Shown here one piece after another: positions 55,967 through 64,000 of a DNA stretch of 64,000 nt. Within the stretch, counting starts at the first letter, position 1; each line of letters begins with the position of its first letter. The position numbers were made by a program, and so were the translations under genes. The stretch lies in the NCBI GenBank assembly GCA_028279595.1, contig JANQNK010000003.1, forward strand, positions 160,001 through 224,000, in the 5' to 3' direction. Under the pieces are notes generated by a model. That model made no database searches, was not told the origin of the DNA, and saw nothing but the letters and a program-made list of their open reading frames with translations. This DNA comes from Thermoplasmatota archaeon (GTDB lineage Archaea; Thermoplasmatota; JAKEGO01).

Positions 55967-58153
55967 TCAGGTCCTGTCCTTGTACTTCAGGTCCTTGAAC
56001 CTGATCACGAACGCGGTCCCGCCGCTCCTGTCGATCTCCACCGTTCCGTCAAGGTGGTCGGTCAGTGATCCTATCAGCTGCATGCCGAGCGTGTCCTTTG
56101 CCCCGATATCGATCCCTTCAGGCAGACCGACGCCGTCGTCGGATATCCTGAGCTCGTACTCGGAGTCAGCAGTCTCCTTCAGAAAGAGGGATATCTTGCC
56201 CTTCCTTCCCTCCGGGAAGGCGTACTTCAGTGCATTGGATATCAGTTCGTTCGCAATGAGCCCGCAAGGGATACCCGTGTCGATGCTGAGGTGGATGTCC
56301 CCGACGTCGATCTCGTACGCGACGACCTCCGAGTTCACCCCGTAGGACTGGAAGAGGAACGACGTGAGTGTGGAAAGATACTCACCGAAGTCTATCTTGG
56401 CCAGGTCATCGGACTCGTAGAGCTTCGCGTGTAAAAGCGACATCGTCCTGATGCGGTTCATGCTCTCCATGAACATCAGATGCGAGACGTCGTCCGAGAC
56501 CTTCTTCGACTGCAGGTGCAGGAGGCTGGATATGATCTGGAGGTTGTTCTTGACCCTGTGGTGGATCTCCTTGAGGAGGATCTCCTTCTCCCTCAGGTTG
56601 GCGCGGATCCGCTCCTCAGCCTTCTTCCTCTCCGTGACGTCGCGGCCGACCTCGATGACCCCGATCACTAGGCCGTTCTCGTCGAAGTGACGGCTTGCAT
56701 TCCAGGCGACGGTCCTCTCGCCGCCGTACTTGGTCTTGATCACCGTCTCGTGGTCCTGGTCCATCTCCCCTCCGCCGAGGATCCGGTTGAACCTCTCCTT
56801 GACGGCCTCCCTGGCCGTCTTGTCCGGATAGAGCCATTTCCAGATCTCGGTCCCGCCCACGATATCCTCCGATTCGTAACCGCTAATGGTCTCCGCCGCC
56901 TTGTTCCACACTAGGACGTTCATGCTGTCGTCCATGACCGTGAGCCAGTCGTTCGCGTTGTCGACGATGAACTTGAGGAAGTTCGAGACCTTCTCGAGCT
57001 CGATCTCCGCCCTCTTCTGCTGGGTCACGTCCTTGACGGCGATCCCGAGCCTGCTGCCCGGCATCCTGAAGGCGCGGATGTTGTAGTAGCCCTCCGACAG
57101 CTCGCCCTTCAGGTGGAACGCCTCCTCCTCGAAGGGTTCGCCGGTTCTCATGACCTCGAGGAAGGCGTCCTTGAGCTTCAGGTCGGCGATGGGCGGCCAG
57201 ATGTCCTCCATCTCCCTGGCTATCCACTCGTCCACGGAGCGTTTGATCAGGCGCTCGGCCTCCGGGTTCCCCTCGAGTAGCACCAGGCGGTCCTTGCCTT
57301 CGCGCTGGAATATGAGGAGTCCGGTCGGGATCGACCTCACGATGTCGGCGGAGGTCTGGAACGATTCCATCAGCGCCTTGGCGGCCCGAAGCCTCTCCGT
57401 TACGTCGTGGAACACGACCATCACAACGCCTATGGTCCCCATCTCGTCCTTGATGGGCGTCCCGCGGTACTCGATCATCTGCTCCGAACCGTCCTTCGAA
57501 ATGAGTACAGGGTTCTCCGCCCTCTGCTTTTCCAGCTCCCCCTCGAGGATCTGCTGGGCGGTGTTCGTGAACCTCTCACCGCTCTGGTCGTCGACCACCC
57601 TAAAGACGTCGTCCAGGGCCTTTCCGTATGCGTCCTCCTGGGACCATCCCGTCAGCTCCTGGGCAATCGGATTGATGTAGGTGACGATGCCGTCGGTGTC
57701 GGTCGTGATCACGGCATCTCCGATGCTCTGCAGGACGGTGGAGAGCCATTTCTCGCTCTCTCGGATGCTCTTGTCGATCCTGTGCTTGTTGAGGGCCATT
57801 TCGATGCCCGTGAACAGGTCCCGGTCCTCGAATGGCTTCAGTATGTATCCGAACGGGTTCGTCTGCTTCGCCCTGTCCAGTGTGACCTTGTCATTGTACG
57901 CCGTGAGATAGATTATCGGTATGTCGAGGAACGATCGGATCCTGTCGGCCGCCTGGACGCCGTCCAGATCGCCCTTCAGTTGAATGTCCATGAGGACCAG
58001 GTCGGGCCTGTAGGTCTCGGCGCTCTCGACGGCCTCGGCGCCCGTGGACGCTATCCCGCACACGTCGTAACCCAGCGATTTGACCCTGTACTGGATGTCC
58101 TTCGCGACGATCTTCTCATCCTCTACGACCAGCACCTTGATGTTCGCCATCAA
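55967..58153 (-). CDS. REC-PAS-PAS-PAS-HisKA_2 histidine kinase
   Basis: REC, three [19 protein letters not shown]. Confidence 0.9.
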   Translation of the reverse strand: MMANIKVLVVEDEKIVAKDIQYRVKSLGYDVCGIASTGAEAVESAETYRPDLVLMDIQLKGDLDGVQAADRIRSFLDIPIIYLTAYNDKVTLDRAKQTNPFGYILKPFEDRDLFTGIEMALNKHRIDKSIRESEKWLSTVLQSIGDAVITTDTDGIVTYINPIAQELTGWSQEDAYGKALDDVFRVVDDQSGERFTNTAQQILEGELEKQRAENPVLISKDGSEQMIEYRGTPIKDEMGTIGVVMVVFHDVTERLRAAKALMESFQTSADIVRSIPTGLLIFQREGKDRLVLLEGNPEAERLIKRSVDEWIAREMEDIWPPIADLKLKDAFLEVMRTGEPFEEEAFHLKGELSEGYYNIRAFRMPGSRLGIAVKDVTQQKRAEIELEKVSNFLKFIVDNANDWLTVMDDSMNVLVWNKAAETISGYESEDIVGGTEIWKWLYPDKTAREAVKERFNRILGGGEMDQDHETVIKTKYGGERTVAWNASRHFDENGLVIGVIEVGRDVTERKKAEERIRANLREKEILLKEIHHRVKNNLQIISSLLHLQSKKVSDDVSHLMFMESMNRIRTMSLLHAKLYESDDLAKIDFGEYLSTLTSFLFQSYGVNSEVVAYEIDVGDIHLSIDTGIPCGLIANELISNALKYAFPEGRKGKISLFLKETADSEYELRISDDGVGLPEGIDIGAKDTLGMQLIGSLTDHLDGTVEIDRSGGTAFVIRFKDLKYKDRT

Positions 58154-59955
58154 TCTTCCTCCTTTCCTTCCTCGAACTCGATCCTGAACCCGACGCCCGG
58201 TCCGTTCAGGATCTCAATGCTGCCCTCGAGCTGCTCGACCAGGGTCCTGATCAGGACCATGCCCATGGATTCCATCTCCCGGGGGTCCGCGCCCTCGGGC
58301 ATACCGATCCCGTCGTCAACGACGCTGAGCACCATCCCCCCTTCCTCGGACCTATGGAACCCGATCGTAATGCTTCCCTCGCGGCCGTCTGGGAACCCGT
58401 GCTTGAGGGAGTTGGAAACGAGTTCGTTGATCATGAGCCCGCAGGGGATCGCAGCGTCGATCCCTAGATGGATGTCCTCGACGTCCATTCCGATGGTGAC
58501 GCTGCCGGTCTCGTGGAGGTACGACCTCTTGAGTCCCGATATCAATGTGTCGATGTAGTCCAGGAGCTCGATCCTCGACAGGTCCTCCGACCGGTAGAGC
58601 TTCTCGTGGACGAGCGCCATGGACTTGATGCGGTTCTGGCTGTCCCTGTAGAGCTCTTCCGTCGGGATGTCCTTCCCGAGCTCGCCCTGGAGGTTGAGCA
58701 TGCTGGAGATCACCTGGAGGTTGTTCTTGACCCTGTGGTGTATCTCCTTCAGCATCAGTTCCTTCTCCCTCAGTGACGCCTTCGTCCTCTCGTCAGCCTC
58801 GACCCTCTCCGTGACGTCGGAGATGATATGGACCGCGCCCGTGATCGCACCGTTCTCGTCGAGGATCGGATCGATGGTGATCTCGAGCCAATTGTCGTCG
58901 TATCGGATCACCTTCGTAGCCCGGGCACGCGACCTGAGCACGTCACCCATCGGGCATCCCGATTCGGGTCCCTCCGGACCCCCGATGAGCTCGTAGCAGT
59001 TGGATCCGATGATCTCCGTGAACGGCTTCCCGATGAGCTTCGCGGTGGCCCTGTTGCACTGTATGATCACGCCGTCCTCGTCCAGAAGACTGACGGCGTC
59101 TCCCATGGAGTCGAATGTCGACACCCACTGGCGGACGGCCGTTCCCAACGCCTCCTCCGCCCATCTCCTGCCCGTGATGTCGATGAAGGTGACGAGGTCT
59201 GCGAAGTGACCGCCGTACTCGATCGTCTTGGAGTACATATCGACCCATTTGGTCTCCCCGGCCTTGTTGATCAACCTGTACTGGTAATTGTTGACGACGT
59301 CCTTCTCGCCGGCCTGCTTCTTCCTGGCCTGCTCCATGACGAAGTCAAGGTCCTCGGGATGTATGACGTTCGCGAACTCGTTCGGTGCCCAGGAGGTTAT
59401 CTCGTCGATGGAGTAGCCCGTGGCGTTAGCGGCCGCCTGGTTGGCATACTTGAAGACGCCGTCCTGCAGGATGGCTATCCCTAGAAGCGACTGCTCCGAC
59501 AGGAGCCGGAACATCTCCTCGCTGTCCTTGAGGGCCCGCTCGATCATGATCGATTCGGTGACGTCCTGGAAGCTCCCTTCGTAATAGTCGAGGTCTCCCT
59601 TCTCATCCCTTATCTCGCGGGAGTTCTCGACCATCCAGATGGTCCCGCCGTCGACCCGTCTCATCTGGGCCGTGAAGTTCTGGACCACGCCGTGCTCGGC
59701 CATGTTCCTCGTCCATTCGCGGCGAACCTTGTCATCCACGTAGAACTCCCCGGCGTTCATACCGCGAAGGGTATCGAGGTCCGGGCATCCGAGCATCTCG
59801 AGAAGTGCCGGGTTCGCGTCGACGACGTCCCCCGAAGGGGTCGTCCGGTACAGCCCTATCGGTACCCTGTCGTACAGGTCCCCGAGGTCCCGCTCGATGC
59901 CTCCGGCTCCCCGTCCCTTCTCCGCCTCGCCTGCTTCCACCTCAGGTCTTTTCAT
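58150..59955 (-). CDS. PAS-PAS-PAS-HisKA_2 histidine kinase
   Basis: Three [19 protein letters not shown]; start taken at ATG 59955. Confidence 0.9.
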   Translation of the reverse strand: MKRPEVEAGEAEKGRGAGGIERDLGDLYDRVPIGLYRTTPSGDVVDANPALLEMLGCPDLDTLRGMNAGEFYVDDKVRREWTRNMAEHGVVQNFTAQMRRVDGGTIWMVENSREIRDEKGDLDYYEGSFQDVTESIMIERALKDSEEMFRLLSEQSLLGIAILQDGVFKYANQAAANATGYSIDEITSWAPNEFANVIHPEDLDFVMEQARKKQAGEKDVVNNYQYRLINKAGETKWVDMYSKTIEYGGHFADLVTFIDITGRRWAEEALGTAVRQWVSTFDSMGDAVSLLDEDGVIIQCNRATAKLIGKPFTEIIGSNCYELIGGPEGPESGCPMGDVLRSRARATKVIRYDDNWLEITIDPILDENGAITGAVHIISDVTERVEADERTKASLREKELMLKEIHHRVKNNLQVISSMLNLQGELGKDIPTEELYRDSQNRIKSMALVHEKLYRSEDLSRIELLDYIDTLISGLKRSYLHETGSVTIGMDVEDIHLGIDAAIPCGLMINELVSNSLKHGFPDGREGSITIGFHRSEEGGMVLSVVDDGIGMPEGADPREMESMGMVLIRTLVEQLEGSIEILNGPGVGFRIEFEEGKEED

Positions 59956-60406
59956 CCGCAACACCAAGACTCTCGTTCAGTATGAGCCAGTAGAGATTGA
60001 GCGCCCGAACCATCTCGAGCAGTGAATCGAAATTGACGGGCTTGACGAGATACGAGTTGGCGCCGAGGTCGTAGGCCCTCTTGATGTCCGAGATCTCCTT
60101 TGAGGAGGTCAGCACGACCACCGGCAACCTGCTCAGGCCCGGATGCTTGCGGAGCCAAGCGAGCACGTCGAACCCGGAGCTCCGGGGGAGCTTTAGGTCC
60201 AGGAGGAGCAGGACCGGATGGGGATACGCTTCCCTGTCAGCGTACTGGCCGTTCCCGGCCAGGTAGTCCAGCGCCTGGTCTCCGTCCTCTACGACTTGGA
60301 TCGGGTTCCCGATCTCGGCCTTCTTGAATGCCCTCTTCACGAGCAGTACGTCGTTCGGGTCGTCCTCGACGAGCAGGATCGTGTAGTTCTCGACGTTCAT
60401 CTTCAT
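59942..60406 (-). CDS. Stand-alone response regulator (Rcp1-like)
   Basis: LLVEDDPND, LLDLKLP, LTSS, ANSYLVKP. Confidence 0.92.
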   Translation of the reverse strand: MKMNVENYTILLVEDDPNDVLLVKRAFKKAEIGNPIQVVEDGDQALDYLAGNGQYADREAYPHPVLLLLDLKLPRSSGFDVLAWLRKHPGLSRLPVVVLTSSKEISDIKRAYDLGANSYLVKPVNFDSLLEMVRALNLYWLILNESLGVADEKT

Positions 60407-63400
60407 TCCTCCCTCAGGAGCTCGAACCAGAATCGGCTGCCCTTTCCGACCTCCGATTCCAGACCGACGTTCCCGTTCATCCGGGCGACTCCCTTCCGCA
60501 CGATCGCGAGCCCGATGCCCGTCCCGGGGAACTCCTCGGAGCCATGTAAACGCTCGAACACCCTAAAAATCTGTTCCTGGTGCTCGGGAGCTATCCCGAT
60601 GCCGTTGTCCTCCACCCAGATCCGGACCCAATCCTCCCTGTCCTCGGCGTATATCCGGAGGTCTGGCTTGTCGTCCGGATCGACGAACTTGATGGCGTTC
60701 GTCACGAGATTCACTATCACCTGCGTGAGTGTCGGCGGGTTTCCCATGACCGAAGGCATGTAATCGCCCACCGTGATCTTCACATCCCTCGCCGACAGGT
60801 CGTGCCTCAGGTGCTCGAGGATCTCCTCGACCACCTCGCTGAGCTCCACCGGCTCGGGCGTGATATCCGTCAGGCTGAGCCTGCTGTAGACCAGGAGGTC
60901 CTGGATGAGGGAGTCCATCCTCTCGGACCCGCTGATGATCCTCTGGGCGTACTCCCTGCCCACGTCATCGAGCTTCTCGCCGTAGTCCTCCATCAGGGCC
61001 TGGCTGAACCCGTACATGGCTCGCAGGGGAGCCCTGAGGTCGTGTGATACGGAGTATGCGAACGCCTCGAGCTCGGCGTTGGACTCCTCGAGCTCTGCCG
61101 TCCTGTCCGCGACGAGCTCCTCGAGGTGACGCCTGTAGATGATGAGCTCCTCCTCGGCGTACTGTCTCTGTATGGCAGCGCCGAACGTGTCCGCAGCGAC
61201 CTTGATGGCGTCAAGTTCCGCGTTGGACCATACCCTCTCGGTCCGGCACTCGTCGAATCCGATGGTCCCCCACCAGTCGTGTCCTACGAAGATCGGGGCG
61301 AAGGTCACCGAGCGGACGCCAAGGTCCATGTACTGGGCCCTCCACCGGTCCGGGAAGTCACGGACGTGACCCTGGGTGACCTGCTGTCTCGAGAGAGGCC
61401 CCTTCCAGAAGGCCAGCCGTGATTCGTTGATCGGGATGGTGTTCACTGCGAGGTCCGTCTGCGGCTTGGCTATCGCACCGGTCCACTCGTAACGCAGTGT
61501 GGTGAGCATGCCGCCGCCAGGGACGGGTTCGTTCTCGTAGATGTAGACGCGGCAGACGTCGGTCCCATTGCCCAGGCGTGACAGGATCTCCTTGATCCCC
61601 TCCTCCCAGTATGTCGTCTCGAGGAAACGCTCTGCAGCGAAGCCCACGGCCTCGAGGATGTCGTCCCGGCGGCGTATGTCCTCCTCCGCCTTGATCCTCT
61701 CGGTTGTGTCGGTGATGAAGCCCTCGAGGGCCTGCAGGTTGCCGGCCTCGTCGAACACTCCCTGGCCCTGCTCCCACACCCACCGCTCCTCGCCCCGGGC
61801 CGTATGGATCCTGTAGACGAGCTGGAACGGTTTGTTATCTCGGAGGCTGGTCTGGATCTCGTTCCAGGCGTACTCCCTGTCGTTGGTGTGGATGAGCTCC
61901 GTGTACGCGAGCTGCTTGTTACCGATCAGCTCGGACGGGTGGTGGTCGGTAAGGTCGAGGCACCCCTCGCTGATGAACTCCATTGTCCTCTCCCTGTCGT
62001 TCCGGCACCTGTAGGCCATCCCTGGGAGGTTGCTCATCAGGGTCGCGAGAGCCCTCTGGCTCTCCTCGAGCGCACTCTCGGCCGTCACGAGGTCCGCGAT
62101 GTCCAGGACGACCGCGTACGCACCCTTGTAGTGTCCCTCGGTGTCGTAGACGGGAACGGCCGACGTGATTGTCTGCACCCTCGATCCGTCCTTCCTGATG
62201 TATGCGACCTCGTAGGAGTTCGATCCCCCCTCCTTCCTCATGCGCATCTGCTCCTCCATTATCCGGAGGTTGTCCTCGTCGAGGAAATCGGTCACCGGCC
62301 GTCCGATGATCTCGTCCCTGTCATAGCCGAGGATCTCGCAGTGCCTCTCGTTCACGTAGATGATGACCCCGTTCTCGTCCCTGATGCCGAGCCCCTCGCT
62401 CATCGTCTCGACGAGGGTCCTGTACCTCTCCTCGCTCTCGAGGAGTGCGCCCTCAGCCTGCTTCGCTTCGGTGATGTCCTCGAAGAGGGAAACGAAGTAA
62501 CCCTCCCTCGGGCTGTAGGCCGACACCGAGAACCACCTGTCGAAGGCCCTGATGTTGATGATGAACCTGGTCTGCTTGCCCGTGGTCGCCACCTGGCCGA
62601 AGATCCCTATCATATCGGGGTCCGAATCCCGGACGTCGGGGATGACATCGGTGGCGTTCTTGCCGATTATCTCCTCCCTGGTCAGTCCAGTGAAGCTCTC
62701 GAAGGAGTCGTTGACCTCGAGGAAGACCCAGTCCTTGACTGATCCGTCGTCCCCGGTCACGACCTTGTTGTAGGCGAATCCGTTGAACATGTTGTCGAAC
62801 AGGGACCTGTAGCGCAGCTCGCTCTCCTGCAGCGCTTCGAGGGCCCACTTCCCTTCGGTGATGTCGACGAGGTACCCTTCGAGGTAGCCCTCTTCCGGGA
62901 ATATCTGCGCAGACAGGCTTCCCCAGAAGACCGTGCCGTCCTTCCTCTTGAAGCGGGTCTCGAAGTTGTCCACCTTCCCGGCGACCTTGAGCTTGGCCAG
63001 AAGTCTTTCCCTGGCGCTCGGGTCGATGTAGAGGTCCCCTGATCTGAAGTCCTCCATGAAGAGTTCCCTGTCGGTGTATCCGAACAGGCGCGAGAGCTGG
63101 GCGTTGCACTCGATGATCTCCCCCGTCGAGATCCGGGTCCGGTACAGTCCGACCAGAGCGCTGTCGAAGAGGTTCTGGTACTTCTCGGTGCTCTTGATGA
63201 GCTCCTGCTCGACCTTCTCCCTCTCGTCGACCTCCTGCTTGACATGGTCGTACGCCGTCCTCAGCTCCGTCGTCCTCTCCTCGACGATCTCCTCGAGATG
63301 GTCCCTGTGCTGACGGAGCTCCTCCTCCGCCTGTCTCCTGAGCGTGATGTCGCGCACCGATCCCAGGGTCGCATAGTTGCCCCCGTAGCCGATCCTCGAG

Positions 63401-64000
63401 ACTGAGAACTCGCAGTGCCTCGGGTTCTCCATCTTCGTCATGATCTGGGCCTCGTATATGCTGGGTACCCCTTCGCCCGCCTCCCTGCGGGCCTCAAGGT
63501 CCCCGACGGTCTCCCTGTGGTCGGGGTGTATGAGGTCCTGCATCGACATGTCGTACAGTTCCTCCTTCGAGTAGCCGGTGATCTGGGACGTCCTGTCGTT
63601 GACGAATAGGAACCTGTCGCCCTGGTAGATGTATACCATGTCGTGACTCTGCTCCACAAGGTTCCTGTACCTCTCCTCGCTCTCCACCATGGCCTGCTCG
63701 GCCTGCCGCCTGCCAGTTATGTCGCGGACCGCCCCCAGGGATGCCGGGGAGCCCTCGTAGACGATCCTCTCGACCGAGAACTCGCAATGCCGTTCCGTGC
63801 CGTCCTTCGAGAGCACCCGGGCCTCGTAGACCCTCGGGGCGTCCTCGTTCTCCTCCCTCTGCCTCTCGATCGTGACGGCCCGGTCCCCGTCCTCATCGTG
63901 GAGCAGTTCCTCGAGCGACATGCCGATGAGTTCGGTCTTCGGGTATCCCGTGATCTCGACCGTCCTGTCGTTGCAGAACACGAACCTGCCGCCCTGGAGG
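60403..64000 (-). CDS. Multi-PAS/GAF histidine kinase, 5' end beyond the window
   Basis: At least 6 PAS, a GAF, SHDLRAPLR, NAIKF, GTGIGL; frame open to the edge. Confidence 0.9.
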   Translation of the reverse strand, partial: LQGGRFVFCNDRTVEITGYPKTELIGMSLEELLHDEDGDRAVTIERQREENEDAPRVYEARVLSKDGTERHCEFSVERIVYEGSPASLGAVRDITGRRQAEQAMVESEERYRNLVEQSHDMVYIYQGDRFLFVNDRTSQITGYSKEELYDMSMQDLIHPDHRETVGDLEARREAGEGVPSIYEAQIMTKMENPRHCEFSVSRIGYGGNYATLGSVRDITLRRQAEEELRQHRDHLEEIVEERTTELRTAYDHVKQEVDEREKVEQELIKSTEKYQNLFDSALVGLYRTRISTGEIIECNAQLSRLFGYTDRELFMEDFRSGDLYIDPSARERLLAKLKVAGKVDNFETRFKRKDGTVFWGSLSAQIFPEEGYLEGYLVDITEGKWALEALQESELRYRSLFDNMFNGFAYNKVVTGDDGSVKDWVFLEVNDSFESFTGLTREEIIGKNATDVIPDVRDSDPDMIGIFGQVATTGKQTRFIINIRAFDRWFSVSAYSPREGYFVSLFEDITEAKQAEGALLESEERYRTLVETMSEGLGIRDENGVIIYVNERHCEILGYDRDEIIGRPVTDFLDEDNLRIMEEQMRMRKEGGSNSYEVAYIRKDGSRVQTITSAVPVYDTEGHYKGAYAVVLDIADLVTAESALEESQRALATLMSNLPGMAYRCRNDRERTMEFISEGCLDLTDHHPSELIGNKQLAYTELIHTNDREYAWNEIQTSLRDNKPFQLVYRIHTARGEERWVWEQGQGVFDEAGNLQALEGFITDTTERIKAEEDIRRRDDILEAVGFAAERFLETTYWEEGIKEILSRLGNGTDVCRVYIYENEPVPGGGMLTTLRYEWTGAIAKPQTDLAVNTIPINESRLAFWKGPLSRQQVTQGHVRDFPDRWRAQYMDLGVRSVTFAPIFVGHDWWGTIGFDECRTERVWSNAELDAIKVAADTFGAAIQRQYAEEELIIYRRHLEELVADRTAELEESNAELEAFAYSVSHDLRAPLRAMYGFSQALMEDYGEKLDDVGREYAQRIISGSERMDSLIQDLLVYSRLSLTDITPEPVELSEVVEEILEHLRHDLSARDVKITVGDYMPSVMGNPPTLTQVIVNLVTNAIKFVDPDDKPDLRIYAEDREDWVRIWVEDNGIGIAPEHQEQIFRVFERLHGSEEFPGTGIGLAIVRKGVARMNGNVGLESEVGKGSRFWFELLREE

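Overview
Archaeal chromosome segment, GC-rich (roughly 60% by eye) and most consistent with a Thermoplasmata-type lineage: archaeal type IV pilus ATPase/TadC, methanogen-type SerRS, intron-containing tRNA-Trp, L41e, single-OB SSB and PGF/PEF-CTERM surface proteins. It holds a Zn/Mn ABC operon flanked by two NikR-like regulators, TauE/ArsM genes, a bcd-etfB-etfA operon, a bacterial-type queF, beta-helix surface proteins, a subtilase and a ~16 kb two-component/KaiC signalling array. The most notable feature is an ~8.7 kb AT-rich element integrated in the 3' end of tRNA-Trp (18-bp att repeats at 27888-27905 and 36576-36593). It carries a tyrosine integrase, two RHH regulators, a structured GC-rich non-coding block and cyclase-like/TM/HEPN cargo. 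Joining its ends in silico rebuilds a 57-codon ORF across attP and puts an apparently promoterless left-end operon behind the integrase, suggesting an excision-activated switch. A ~190-nt five-way-junction ncRNA candidate lies upstream of queF. All family calls come from motif recognition by eye; no searches were run.
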